Assembly (NCBI GenBank): GCA_965235115.1
Contig: OZ249436.1
Location: 46,998,001-47,062,000, forward strand
DNA from: Laetmonice hystrix
Lineage: Eukaryota
Length of the DNA stretch: 64,000 nt
Reading direction: 5' to 3'
Shown here: in pieces, positions 39,094 through 51,892 of the stretch
How positions within the stretch are numbered: the first letter of the stretch is position 1
Layout: the number at the start of each line of letters is the position of its first letter
Notes under the pieces: generated by a model
Seen by the model: only the letters and a program-made list of their open reading frames with translations
What the model was told of the DNA's origin: nothing
Databases searched by the model: none
Position numbers and translations under genes: made by a program

Positions 39094-41115
39094 TCAAGGT
39101 TCCTTCATGCTCTGATGTGTACCTTCTAAATTCAACTTGCATAAGAAGGCATCAAAAGTGTGGGTATACTCCTCTGTATGAAGACGCAGATGTCCAGCAT
39201 GTTCCGATATGAGCCAGTTTTTGTGTGTAATGTTATTTTCTGAGTTAGCCTTCAAATGTTGGAGCAGGTCTTCCATGACGGTAGGATCACACATTGGATC
39301 GTCGCAGGAGTAAAAGAATAACATATTACCAGAGATGGGGTTTTCATAAAAGATGCTGACAGCTATATCGTAGAAGTCAACCGTCTGCCGCTTGGTGAGG
39401 CGAAAGTAGGAGAACAGGAGGCCCCTGATCACAGATCGTAGGAACCGACTTTTTGTGAGGCTCGTGGCAATCCCGTCCCCCATACGACCAAGGCCACCGA
39501 TAACAATGCTATCAAATATCTGAGCCCGAATTACAGGCTGGAACTTGGCTAGAAGTCTTGGCCGCCTCTTCAGCTGTATGGCAAACACCGTGAAAAGGTA
39601 CGCGCCAATGGATGCCGCATGCACCACCAGGGGGCGTGACGTTCCAGCCTCGAACTGGGTCAGATACGTCAGGAGTTCCAGCGCGACGGTCTCAGAACGC
39701 CGCGGCCACAGGAAGTGCTGCATTCGACCTTGAATGGTGAGGACATCCCAGCCTCTTTCGTGATAGAGGTTACAATACCGGTCCAGTGAGCGCTCACGAG
39801 CAGTCAGCCAGGGGAAGAACAGGACAAGCGGGACTTTGGGTGGATTCTCAACCTCCTCCCCGGTCTGAGACAGGCACTGGACCTTCCTCAGACACATGTG
39901 CTTGGAGACCATTGTCTTGGTGACTTGCTTGTTTTCCAGAAGATAGGTTGCTTCACTTGAAGTCAGTGGTGGGGTTCCTTTGAAGGCCGTTCGGACGTAT
40001 ACCTGAAACAGTGGATAGCAACAGAATACGTATTCACATCCGGTTTGAAAGATCTAATCATCTTAGAAATGTATCTATAGTCCTAGATGATTGTTGAAAC
40101 CAAATAGCCCATGGCTATGGCTTATTCACATCCAAGCCACTTTGGTTTGTGACTGTGATTCCGTCTTAAGTTCCTAATTGGTGCTGGAGCCAAACAAATA
40201 CAAAAAGTTCAACATGGGAATGAAAATATTTCAACTATCTAGACTCTAGTAAACTTGGTAGGATAGGCGAGTTCCTACAACACCCGGGTTAGGCCTAGAT
40301 CTATGTCTCATGACCAGTCAAAAGCAACCGGGTGGCTTTGGGATTCTTTAAGAAGTTGCCATAGCATATTGAGTCGAATACGTCGATGAACCCTGATGTA
40401 GTACAATAGGCCCACATTACTATAGACTCTATTCAATTTCATGGATAGGAACGCTCGCACTCACTGGTGCATTAAATGAGACAATTGGCAGCACCCTCTA
40501 TATGAATAATTATGTTGGTCTCCGTACTGGAAGAACTTTTTTAGGCATATAAACCAGAGCAATGGCAGAGTTCATACATGTAAGCATGGGGAGTGTCCAG
40601 GCAGTTTCGACAGACCTCGCCTAAATTGAATTTACGTGGTTCATATCGCTTCCCATAATAGGCCCTAGGCCTTATATAAATCGGAGAATAAAACGTGAGT
40701 CAGATAACATGTCCAACAATGAACACACTTACACGAGAATTGTGAAGAAAAATAATTTATAGTTTTGGCAAGTCTACGAGTCTTGGGCCCCCAGGAAAAA
40801 TGATAACAGTCCAATTTCCAGTCCAGCTGAGGGGCTCGTTTCACTAAGACTGTACGAGCTCCTATATGGCCTTATAGCTCGTAAACAAGAAAAAACTCGT
40901 ACATTTTGCTATTATGATCTATAGAATATACGAGCTCGTAAAATACGAGTGTTTAGTGAAACGGGCCCTGTTAACCATGGTCAAAATATGCACAGCCTTG
41001 ATAAGAGGCTGCCTAGTTTACTCACCCAGTAATTGTAGAGGATGGTTAATATGGTCGAGATACACGACCAGATTTGAAGAACTGGTCTCCGAATGGTCTC
41101 TGTTGGCATGGGCAT
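39094..41115 (-). CDS. TMEM53: TMEM53/DUF829-like alpha/beta-hydrolase-fold protein
   Basis: Main exon 40002-39094 (acceptor tgtttcag) with motifs PLVLFFPWL...YCNLY...GWDV, VVHAASIG, QIFDS, FFYSCDDP, HAGHLRLHTEEY. Likely first coding exon 41115-41026 (MPMPTETIRRPVLQIWSCISTILTILYNYW, donor gtgagt) joins in phase 0. Confidence 0.75.
40831..40968. mobile_element. Small TIR element (Harbinger-like MITE) in intron of the TMEM53-like gene
   Basis: GGGCTCGTTTCACTAA ... TTAGTGAAACGGGCCC; internal TACGAGCTCGTA subrepeats. Confidence 0.5.
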
Positions 41116-41483
41116 GATGATGGACGTCGTTCTCTGGTGTCACGTCACGGGACACCGGCGTCTTGGTAAAGTCGTCTGCAGAGAACGCGCCGTTACGCCG
41201 TCACTCACTGGAAGACGAAGCTACGATACTGCATATCGCGCTGTACATTGCGATCTTGAATACGAACTGTGTACAGCCGGGTTGCCAGGCGCGGTGCATT
41301 AATAGGCGACCTAGAACACTGCTCCTATAATCAGTCGCTCCTATAGTCGTTTGCTGGCAGACATGGACTGTGAATCATGCAGTACTGGATCAATAGGTAC
41401 AGCTTGGTACACTGGCTGCTTGCAGCATCTGCAGGAGAGCAGACAGCTGGCGGGTTTCAATGGTCCTGCAATATACAGACAGC

Positions 41484-41484
<1 letters not shown>

Positions 41485-41563
<79 letters not shown>

Positions 41564-41672
41564 CCTGCTGTTGCTGCAGCTTCTACTGCCATGGTGCTGC
41601 TGGTGCTGCTGGCGCTGCTGCTGCTGCTGCTGCTGGGCGGCGGCGGCAGCAGCAGCGCCTATTGCTGCTGTT
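41485..41672. repeat. (CTG/CAG)n microsatellite with degenerate extension
   Basis: About 24 pure TGC units (41485-41557), then interrupted triplets. Confidence 0.95.
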
Positions 41673-42611
41673 CCTGTACGGGACATAACCTAGATATCTT
41701 GAAAACAACATTGCTCAAGATGTCTCTGAATGTCTCTCCGTGACTGTGCGTAGCCGGAATCACACGATGTTTTCTGCCCCCCCCCCACACTGGCCGAACA
41801 CCAACACCTAGAGTAAACTGTGATAAAGGCAATGATAACACAGCGGCCCAATTTTTACCAGAAGTGAAGAAATCGGTTAGAAGAATGAAACACGACCAGT
41901 GGCCGATCCAGGGGTGTGTGCAGGAGGTGCGCACCCCCGTCGCCCCAATTTTAATTTTTTCTGGGGGACCCCCCGATCATGGCTTCGCGCCTTCGACGCT
42001 CGCATGGGGGACACCCCCTTTACCAAATTCCTCGATGCGCCCCTAACTGCCCCCACACTTAGAAATTTCTACCTAAGGCCCTGTTGATATGTGCATATAT
42101 ATATGCCACTTTTATTTGACTGTTTACTGTTTACTGTCTACTCACTGGGGGGGGGGGGGAGCGGTTTGCGAAAGTGCCCTTTTTCCATAGCACCCCCCGT
42201 TTTGAAAATCCTGTATGGGCCTCTGTGGACTACATTGTATATTGTACATTGTAAAATACCAAGGCGGAAGTACTGATGTGATGTGGTTGTGTTACCGTCC
42301 AGCGGTAACAAACTTTATTTGTTACAAATACAGTTATTAAACGGTGAATATCCGGGTCCTTCCAGCGGGATATCAGCAAATTATGACGTCATGTCAACCT
42401 TATAATAAAATCTGAGCGTATCATTCTGTACGTACATGGGAAAATAACATACACCACAAATAGTGTGTAATTTTAATAATAACGCACATTATATTTTCAC
42501 AGAAACATAAGCATAAGCGGTGGGAGTAAAAATAGAGTCATTTAAACATACTTCGTGTTATTACGTTAACTCCATGGTGTTAAAATTAATCCTTTTTCTG
42601 CACCTGGTTTC

Positions 42612-42955
42612 ACTAGCTGAGGTGCCTTCCCCCTAGCTGAGGTACGTTCTCCCTATATGAAGTGTTCTCCCAAGCTGAGGCACCTTCTCCCTAGGCTGAG
42701 GTGCCTTCTCCCTAGCTGAGGTACCTTCTCCCTAGGCTGAGGTGCCTTCTCCCTAGCTGAGGTGCCGTCTCCCTAGCTGAGATACCTTCTCCCTAGGCTG
42801 AGGTGCCTTCTCCCTAGCTGAGGTGCCTTCTCCCTAGCTGAGGTACCTTCTCCCTAGCTGAGGTACGTTCTCGTACCTTCTCCCTAGCTGAGGTACGTTC
42901 TCCCTAGCTGAGGTACGTTCTCCCTAACAGAAGTATGTTCTCCCTAGCGGAGGTG
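42612..42955. repeat. ~21-22-bp minisatellite in the 3' UTR of the ASB-like gene
   Basis: Unit CCCTAGCTGAGGTRCCTTCT; starts a few bases after the stop codon on the - strand. Confidence 0.9.
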
Positions 42956-42963
42956 GTCCTTGA

Positions 42964-44801
42964 TCAATAGTACTTCACCTGGATGTAAGCAGATAGTTTC
43001 TCGGGCACTGGGAGCTTGTCGATGAGGTCTAACTTAGCCACGATAGCCATCTGAGCTCGGATAGCAATGCGGGCTAGGTGCATTAACCGGTACGGTTTAC
43101 CGACAAGATTTTCTGTCCATACTCGCTTACTCTCACGGTAAAGTTGCTGTAACCACGGCGGTGATTTAGTGTCATCTTTGTCCCAGTTCGGTGGCATGCT
43201 GGCTCCTGACAGCACCAAGAGTCTGACGATCGGAGTGTACGCTGACTCCGGGCTCGTCACCATCATCTCAGCGTCTGTGAAACTGTTCCGTTTTAAACCA
43301 CAGCTGTGGTTGATCTGGGGTGGACCCACCGTTAACGAGTTGCCAAGAACTTGGTCGGCGATCCCACGAATGTTGTCCATCTCAAGGATGATGAAGGCGA
43401 TGACCAGCGCTGACCGGTTGTGTGTGTCTGTCTCGTTCGGGTTGGCACCTGTAACGTGCAATAATCTCATTGTGGTAGGCGATATAATCTATTGGTCGAA
43501 CAACTGCAGATGAAAGACTTTTAATTTAACCTTTTTTATTAGACAATATCTTCGTACCATGACTGATAAATATTATAAATGCCATTATTGGGAATGCAGC
43601 AGAGAACTTTAAAACAAAGACAATGCAGATACTAACAAATTCACTAAAAAAAAAATCTCAGGGCTGATACGAATAATGAAATGTTTTTCTTGGTGAATAA
43701 GTATGTATCTGGATCTTAGTAACACGTGTGAGTTGTCCAGGTGTGTCACCTTATATAAACGTTGAAACGCGTGAAATCGTACGGTATCTATAATTCAACA
43801 GCTGCAAGTAAGCAAGTAAGTAAGTGATATTACTGCACGTACTGATATCATCCGGGACGTCCCTTTTCTTATCACCATGGTTACAGCGTCTATGAACCCG
43901 TGAGTATACAGCTGCACACCTAACTGTAAATGACGCCTTTATTTTACAATGTACACGTTATGCGTAGCGACGTACCTGCTCGGATAAGCGCCTCCACGAC
44001 GCCCATCCCATTATACCGATTAAATATAAGCGCCTTCCTGGTGGCGTTACCCATGTTATAGGCGTCACATGGCAGTCTCTCATACCGGAGGTTGTTCATG
44101 ATGGTGATGAGGGATGCGATGAGGGACGTGCGACCTGCCTCATCTGTTGAATCAACTTCTGTGTCTTGTTGGCGAAGAATGAGGTTCAAACAATGTAGAT
44201 CGCCGCGGATCGCTGCCATATACAGAGGTGTGAACCCATTGATGTCCTTCCCATTGACAGCAGACCCCAGCGATAGCAGGTTCTCCATCAGGGCATAATT
44301 GCCATGCTCTGATGCTAAAAATAACGCGGTCTTCTGACCCTTGTCCATGGCGTGAACGCTGCATCCTTTCTCGACCAGTTCAATGATGACAGACACTCCG
44401 ATATCTGTGGAAGTGTAGCCTGTTTTCACAGCCCGAACTATACAATGCAGTGGGGTTCCTATCTCAGTACAGATCCCTGGGGAGCAGCCATTCTCTATCA
44501 ACACTTCAACGATGTTGATGTAGCCGAGTTTACAGGCTAGATGAAGCGCTGTCTCTCCGAAACTGTTCACTTCGGTTTGCGCGTCGGGGTTCTCCGACAG
44601 GATCCGAACGATCTCAGTTTTATTTTTGTCGATGACGGCAGTGTGGATGGAACGCAGGGGAGACGGTCGTGTGGCGTTCTGGAGGTGGATCGCCTCGATG
44701 TCAGAGAACCCAAACCCATCGTCTCTGTCCCATTTCCAATCAGCGTATCTGTCACTGCACCGAGTGGCACACATGACGAGTGCGCTCAGACACACGCCCA
44801 T
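42964..44801 (-). CDS. Ankyrin repeat and SOCS box (ASB-like) protein
   Basis: Two exons, 44801-43976 and 43448-42964, joined in phase 1. Ankyrin motifs GETALHLAC, GTPLH, KTALFLAS, GFTPLYMAA, GRTSL. C-terminal SOCS box PYRLMHLARIAIR...IDKLPVPEKLSAYI. Confidence 0.87.
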
Positions 44802-45790
44802 CGTGTCACAATGACAGGAGAGGTGGTCCGACCGAGGGTTGTCAACCCCCAGCCTCCAGAACTACACCCGCATCATGACAACGCTCCTGGTGATATCTCC
44901 AGATCAGTGTAGAACAACAGCTCCAGCCTGACGCCTCTACCAACCACGCCCTACCTGCTACATTTAGTCGGCCTCACTGGAGCGGAAGGGGTCAAAGTGT
45001 GGACCCAGATAAAATGGCAGTCACTGCCTACTGCCTAGATCTCCGCACATATATGGCTCCCAAAACTACCAGCTCTCGCCTCGACTCCGTCTCTCTGACC
45101 CGACATTGAAAGCAATTGATGCAAGTCACGGTCCTGTCCGCCTCACTGACCATGTAATATGTGACCTGAGGTAGGTAGGCCAACACTCGCTGTATCAGGA
45201 AGCTACGCGTACTTCCGGTATGATAGGTAAGCATGCGCAGTGATTTGGAGTAGGTCACGTGTACCATCCAGCGGCCACTCCTCAGGTATGTGTGTATGGC
45301 TCACACACCTTCACACGCACCCAGCCTACCGTACCGTACACAGCAGCATGCCAAGCCGTGCTGGTAGTTAGCGGCTGAGCCCGTTGCCAGGGAACGCACA
45401 CTGCCTTGACCAACAGCAGACGTCAATGTATAAAAGGCGGGAACAGTTCACCACGACGTAAGGCATTCTGACGTCATTGAACAGATATTTCACTGGTGCC
45501 TGTCCAGGCTTTAGAATAGAGGATGTATAATTTCCTGAATGACCCCTGTTGCGCCCCTCCCCCTTCTTTCTCTCTCTCTCTCTCTCAGAAGTTTTTTGTC
45601 GGTTTTGGCCAGTCAGCAAACACGAAGTTTAGATGTGTCAGTGTTGCTTTCCTATAATTGGTGAGCGGATTAGCAGAGCGACCCCCCCCCCCCCGGTTCC
45701 GATCCCACCGAAGAGACGCTTGGAGTCACCTCATGTCATTACCAGAGCGGCAGAAAATCCATCACAAACATATCCGAACGCTTTCTAATA

Positions 45791-47310
45791 TATCGGGTGG
45801 ATAAAAAAAAACGCCCCGAACTTTAAACTTTAACATCTCAAAAACTATGCATTATAATTCAATAAAATTTCTCTTAATATCACTTCATGATATTATCTCT
45901 GGTATGTTAAAGTCTCAGCTCAATAGCTTTGATATTAATCCTGTGGCACAAAAAACAAAAATCAGTGTCTAAAAACGCAATGCCGGAATTAGGTCAAATA
46001 TCATGCAGCTGCCAGGTGTCCAATTTGACACCTGTTTGATGCACCGCATTGTACCTTGGGTAAAAAAAATTCAATATTTAGTTTTTGCGTGTTTTACAAT
46101 ATGTTTAATGTTGAGGACCACTAGATATAATAAAATATATGCTATTACTAGTACTTTTAGAGAAAACAGATGTTTAATGTGCAAAACCCTACAGAGAAAC
46201 TGCAATATTAGGATGATATGACTGTAACGAGAAGTTCAAGGGAAATCGTATCATTATCACGTTTATACCCCCATCACACTAGAAGGCGATCTAGCTGCGC
46301 TCTAGAAAATGGGCCAGATCGCCGTAGAGCGTGGATAGAGTGCCTTGAGGTCCTTCTGAGCGTCATAGGAGCGAGATAGTGTCTCCCTGGTCACCATGAG
46401 CGCCATTAGCGGCGACCAATTTTGAACATGCACAAAATTTACGCCGCAGGGTCGCCGTGGATCTAAAAGCGCAGTTAGATCGAAATGCGATCACCATCAG
46501 CGTCCTATGAGCGTAGTACCAGATTCCTGAGAGCGCAGGTCGAGCGCCAGTGAACGGTGTAGCATCGGCCTTCTCGTCCCATGGCGCTGGCCCGGCGCTC
46601 TTACCACGATGCTACCGAGACCTCGGTGACCCTAATGAGCCCTTTACACGCTCCGCACGGTGCTGCCGCTGCGCTCATGACGTCAGAGCTGCGTTCTTGC
46701 TGCGCAGTGAGCGCAGTGTGATCGTATAGGACGTGGTAGCAACGCCATACGACGTGGTAGGGACGGCCTAAATTGTCCGAGAATTGCATTTTTCCACGTC
46801 GTGGCAGCAGGGTGGGAGCGGCATTGCAGTCACACTTGGAGGGGTTTTCTGATGTTGACGGCGACCAACGGCGATCTGCGAGGTCGCCGTGGTCGCCGTA
46901 AGGTCTTTATCCAGTGTGATGGGGGTATTAGCAATACATTCAGAACGTTGCGTATTTCCCAATGTTGGGAAGATATTTCCCTATCAGAGATCGGGAAGTG
47001 CATTGACTCATGGAAAAAGAGACTGAGAGCAGTATGGCTGAAAACGGGGGACCGATTGACCACCTACTCTAGTGTGAGGCCAGGGACTCTGGGTGCGACT
47101 ACAACTCGCTTTAGGCCGGCATTGCGTTTTTGTACAATGATTTTTGTTTTTAGTCCCACGGAAATATTATCCAAGCTATTGAGCTGTAACATCAACAACT
47201 AAGAGGCAACATCATGAAGTGATATTAAGCAAAAATTCATTGAATTACAATTATTACTTTTTGAAATATAGAAGTTTAAAGTTCGGGGCGTTTTTTTTAT
47301 CCACCCGATA
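45791..47310 (+). mobile_element. Internally deleted Tc1/mariner element with long TIRs and transposase C-terminal remnant
   Basis: TA|TATCGGGTGGATAAAAAAAA..CGCCCCGAACTTTAAACTT ... AAGTTTAAAGTTCGGGGCG..TTATCCACCCGATA|TA; imperfect TIR extends ~195 bp. Remnant WEDISLSEIGKCIDSWKKRLRAV/(frameshift)AENGGPIDHLL* resembles Tc1/mariner C-termini. Confidence 0.8.
46266..46927. mobile_element. PIF/Harbinger-like non-autonomous element nested in the Tc1/mariner copy
   Basis: TTA|TACCCCCATCACACT ... AGTGTGATGGGGGTA|TTA; 3-bp TWA TSD; GC-rich interior. Confidence 0.75.
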
Positions 47311-49315
47311 TAAGGGTGACAGCAGACGGACACGTTCTGTTCATAAATTTATATTTTGTTTTATTAAAAAGATATTTTTCACTGAAGAGAACTATACATA
47401 ATTTTACAACCTTGTGGCTTTGTTCTCGCAAAATATGGCATTGATACACTACCGAGATAACAAGTGGATGTAACGTGTCAATATACAAGTACCGTACATG
47501 ATATAAATACCGGGTACATGTCGAACCAACAGGTAGTTACTGCATGTCTGTTCTTTGCAATATTTATTTATGCTGGCCTTTAAGAGAAAATTACATCTCC
47601 TGCCATACATGGTGAAGTCAACCATACACCCCCCCCCCCCCACCCCACCCTAGCAAAATGATTTTCATTATGTATAGGTGGCACTGATTGCATTCTATTG
47701 TGATATCTTTGTGATTTGTATGCGAAACCTTTCTTTTTTCACCAACAACAATTGCATATATATCCGACTGACATCTTGGAATTAAAAGTAGGTACAACTT
47801 CCTTAGTGTATCATAAAGGAACAAATCTTCAATGTATCAGCAATTCATGTTCTTCCTGCCAAAACGTTATAATTCTAGATACTTAGTACTCATACTGTTC
47901 CCATAAAAATCATGATTAGCTACCATATGACAATTTTGAACAATTTTAGTGTTCGTACCAAAGAAGAAACTTTCAGGTTATCGGCAAGAAATTCATGTTT
48001 TAGGCCCAACTTTCAAAATTCAAAACAAAGATTTGTAATGGAACATGATACATTCCAAGGCTAAATCATGTTAACTTATCCGAGACAATGCTGCACTACT
48101 CATTACGACCGATTTCATCAGGTCACCCACCTGAAGGAAAACGCAACTAAAAAAAGCCAAATACAGTCACTGTAGAGGCAGCTGTAAAACAGAAAGACAG
48201 TATAGTCCTGCTTTAAATACGGTAACAACGGTCTGCCTTTAAAATACATCGAGAAAACGCCCAATCACTGCTTCAAAAAGCGCGAACATTTTATACCCCA
48301 CGCTTTCTGTCTGATAAAACCTCGGGTATAACTCTGCAGATTATGTTAAATATATTTGGTATTACTTATTAGGAAACCAATGAAAATTGGGGTCAAATTG
48401 AATGTCCTTGAGAGGCAGCCTGTTAGACATTACTACCATGTACCCATTGCCAACGTACACATGAGTGTTCTGTGAAACGTTAGGGCCTACTCTATTAACC
48501 ACTTCCAACAATCCCTAAACCTACCTTTGCAAAACATGCAATACTTACTTTAGAATAATAACTTATAATAAGGAAAAAATAATTTATTACATACCACATC
48601 ATAAATAGTTTCATGTGAGAAACCACATGAACAGAACATTGTGGTTTTGGGTTGTTTTTTTTTTCGTTAAAAACATAATTCAATTCAAGAAAGTGAGCCA
48701 GTGTCTGAAATATGTCTGTATGGTGTATACGAAGTCTAAATAAACTCTCAGTAAGGATGCAGGTTTTAAATCCTGTCTGTGCTTTTCCCTCTAGCATTTC
48801 ACACCTTTCTAGACTCACGCCCCCACCACTCAACGTAACTATAAATGCTATGAGACCACAGCAAGGATTCTTGAACCACAGGAAATCTATTGATTGCTAA
48901 CGGGTAGCCTTGAAGGTACATTGTCTATCAGACTCTGATCATGATACGTCACTGGACATTGTGAATACTATTCTATAACCGCCTGTTAAAACACTGCTGC
49001 GATACGTACCGCTGAAACCACACAGCGAGTTCCCACTACGGGACCAAATTTAGACTGATGGAATGTGTGAATTATTAGAAAGGTTGCATGTAAAATTCAC
49101 TCTGGTCTAGATTCAAACTAGTATCTTGTAACATCTTTAAAACAGTGTAGAATTCAAATAATAAAAACATCTCTACGTTCTCCAGCAAAACATGATGAAG
49201 AAAAAAAGAACACAATAAATAAAAGTGTTCAAGCTGCCTAGAAGCCCATGATTTCAGTCACGGTAAAGGACGTAATAATTCTTGGACAAACTCGGTAAAA
49301 TACCGACCTGTCCCG

Positions 49316-49780
49316 TTACGTTGTCGACCGTGCATGTCGGGCTTGATGTCGGTTCCGATCGCCCATTTGTGAGAAGGCCATGCCGCATATCCCGCAGCTG
49401 TACGGTTTCTCGCCAGTATGTGAGCGGAAATGTTTTTTGAGGTCACTTGACTGTATAAACGCAGCATCACACACCTCACATCGGTACGGTCTCTCACCCG
49501 CGTGCCCGCGGAGATGTCTCTTCAAACTGGAGTCATGAGAAAATGTCTTGCCGCACAAGGAGCACTCATGGCTTCTGGCAGACGTTGGACCCTGGCTCTG
49601 TACGACGGGAACTGTAGTCTTACAGTGCTGACTACCCGGGGGGTCCTCATCCTTGTCTTTCTCCCGTCCTCGATGACCCATCATTGTCCACCGGTACTTG
49701 GGTAAGGTGAAGTGATGCTCAGACGGTTCGCTACACGGCAGGGTGGGTGACGGCTGCTGCTGCTGCGCGGATCCTGATTC
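49316..49780 (-). CDS. Zinc-finger gene A: alternative terminal exon 2 (3 C2H2 fingers)
   Basis: Acceptor gttgcag|GAA in phase 0; three C2H2 fingers with AGERPY/TGEKPY linkers; own stop codon. The upstream part of the computed ORF is only minisatellite. Confidence 0.8.
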   Translation of the reverse strand, partial: ESGSAQQQQPSPTLPCSEPSEHHFTLPKYRWTMMGHRGREKDKDEDPPGSQHCKTTVPVVQSQGPTSARSHECSLCGKTFSHDSSLKRHLRGHAGERPYRCEVCDAAFIQSSDLKKHFRSHTGEKPYSCGICGMAFSQMGDRNRHQARHARSTT

Positions 49781-49793
49781 CTGCAACGCGATC

Positions 49794-50062
49794 AACCCAA
49801 AACACATGGCTTTACAATACGGTAAACCCAAACACATGACTTTACAATACGGTAAACCCAAACACATGGCTTTACAATAGGTAAACCCAAACACATGGCT
49901 TTACAATACGGTAATCCCAAACACATGGCTTTACAATAGGTAAACCCAAACACATGGCTTTACAATACGGTAAACCCAAAACACATGGCTTTACAATACG
50001 GTAAACCCAAACACATGGCTTTACAATACGATAAACCCAAACACATGGCTTTACAATACGGT
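49794..50062. repeat. ~30-bp minisatellite (~9 copies) adjacent to the acceptor of zinc-finger alternative exon 2
   Basis: Unit AAACCCAAACACATGGCTTTACAATACGGT. Confidence 0.93.
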
Positions 50063-51403
50063 CTTTCTTCAACCCACAAATAGCCACAATACATCATGCC
50101 GTTATTCTCTTTCTGTGGCATCTGGCCTTATTTCCTGCAATTATCAAATTATATTAAACGCTCTTTCGGACATGAAAAGCTCAAGAGGTTTCTGCAACAT
50201 GAAGAGAAAAGTCGACTAAAGTAACAAACAGGGGCTCTAATTCAAAAGAAAGGTTCTGTTATAAGAAATAATACGCCAGTCCTCCACTGAATCTCTTGGG
50301 TTCGTGCGACAGGGTTGCTGGTGCCAACTTCTGTGTTTTTTGGTACACTCTACCCACTCTCCTCTATATAAAAGTAAGTCCATATAATCAAATTGGAACA
50401 AAAAGTTGGTTCATTGAGTGGCCAGGCTTCTAAATCCTGGGTCCGGTTTCTTTGTCACATCTGAGACCCCCAAATAATCACCGTCCTTGCCTAACCGGTT
50501 TTTTTTCTTCATGCAGTTGGACAGTCTATTCATGCTCAAGTTAGGTAAGCGACTTGCCCAACGACGGAGAAACCGGCCGCTGGACAACTGTGCTATACAA
50601 TCATTAGAGGATTATTTAAAAATTTCCTGTTTGTGAGATATTTCCCCCAAATGTAGCCACCAGTGACCACGACCCCAAGACGTTGCTAGGCACTCAAACG
50701 CTACCCAACCATCCGTAGATCCCTACATCTTGGTCGCAACCAGATTGGTGCTCACTGTGACTAACCTTTGGCGTCAGTGGGCCAATTACGACCTTGATAA
50801 AAGGAGGTTATAGAGGCGATGTGGTTGCCTGATCTGTTGTGACAGGTCCAAGATAACCTGGTAATTGAGTACTAATTGTATATGGAGATGTGATGACGTA
50901 ATCTAAAAACCTTACCCTTTGGCTCAAATAGAATTAACCATCATAACTAACATAAGTCCCGTTCATCCCTCAGAATCGCCCTCTGTACTATACCGATACT
51001 TATACAATGCAGTATTACGAGTGTTGTCTGAAAAACTTTATTTTTATGTTCACTATATATATCTTTTGACAATGAAACATGTGCTATTCACAGTGGCTAT
51101 TCATAGCAAAGATACGTCGGGAGTCAGCCAGAAGTGAGTGAGTGAGTGAGTGAGTGAGTGAGTGAGTAATGGTGTCAACATCTAAGGCCATCTTCACGGC
51201 GAAAACAGAGTATAAATACTGAACAGTAAAAGGGATGATTTTGACTATTTTATTTAAAAAAAAGATTACTATAGTCTGGTTTCAAGAAGAAAAGGTAATA
51301 TTGAACTCTATTAGTTCATGTAAAATGTCAGAGGATGGCAAATTGTTCAGGAACCGTACCACAGCCGCACCAGTTGGCCTGTCGAAGCACCGAGCCGTTA
51401 CGG

Positions 51404-51892
51404 TCAGTATAATTTGTGTACCCGGGCCTGATGCCTGTTTCTGTCACCAGACTGGGAGAACAACATGTGACAAAAACTGCAAGGATATGGCTTCTCTCCT
51501 GTGTGGGTTCGTAGGTGTTTCCTTAAGTCACTTCGCTGAACAAAGCCAGAACCACACACGTCACATTTAAAAGTCCGTTCACCCATGTGGAATTTCATGT
51601 GTCTTTTAAACCGCTTAATCTCTGAAAAGACTTTGCCACATATAGTGCATCTGTGCTGCCTCTCCAGTTCAGCATAGGTTGGAACTGTTATCAAGCCAGC
51701 AGGCTGAGACGGTAGCAGACCAGGGTCTGACTCCAGAGTTGGGTCAGGGTTTTCAAGCTGTTCGTCGTGGCCAAGGCCCTGGGCGTGCTGCCCGGACAAT
51801 GTCCACTTGTTGTCTGTGTGCTGCGAGTACTGGTGCTGTCGCTTTCTAGGGGACGGTGAGGAAGGTCCTTGGGATGACACTATCATTGTCTT
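51404..51892 (-). CDS. Zinc-finger gene A: alternative terminal exon 1 (3 C2H2 fingers)
   Basis: Acceptor ttgttccag| in phase 0; three C2H2 fingers with GERTF/TGEKPY linkers; stop at 51404; AATAAA on - strand at ~51249-51254. Confidence 0.8.
   Translation of the reverse strand, partial: KTMIVSSQGPSSPSPRKRQHQYSQHTDNKWTLSGQHAQGLGHDEQLENPDPTLESDPGLLPSQPAGLITVPTYAELERQHRCTICGKVFSEIKRFKRHMKFHMGERTFKCDVCGSGFVQRSDLRKHLRTHTGEKPYPCSFCHMLFSQSGDRNRHQARVHKLY

Noticed and set aside
41341..41743. Poly-Ala/Cys/Leu/Ser/Gln ORFs
   Set aside because: Open frames arise from the CTG microsatellite; there is no splice or domain support.
47340..48000. Possible decayed L1/Tx1 3' end on the - strand
   Set aside because: Only vague similarity, with many stops and no diagnostic motif confirmed.
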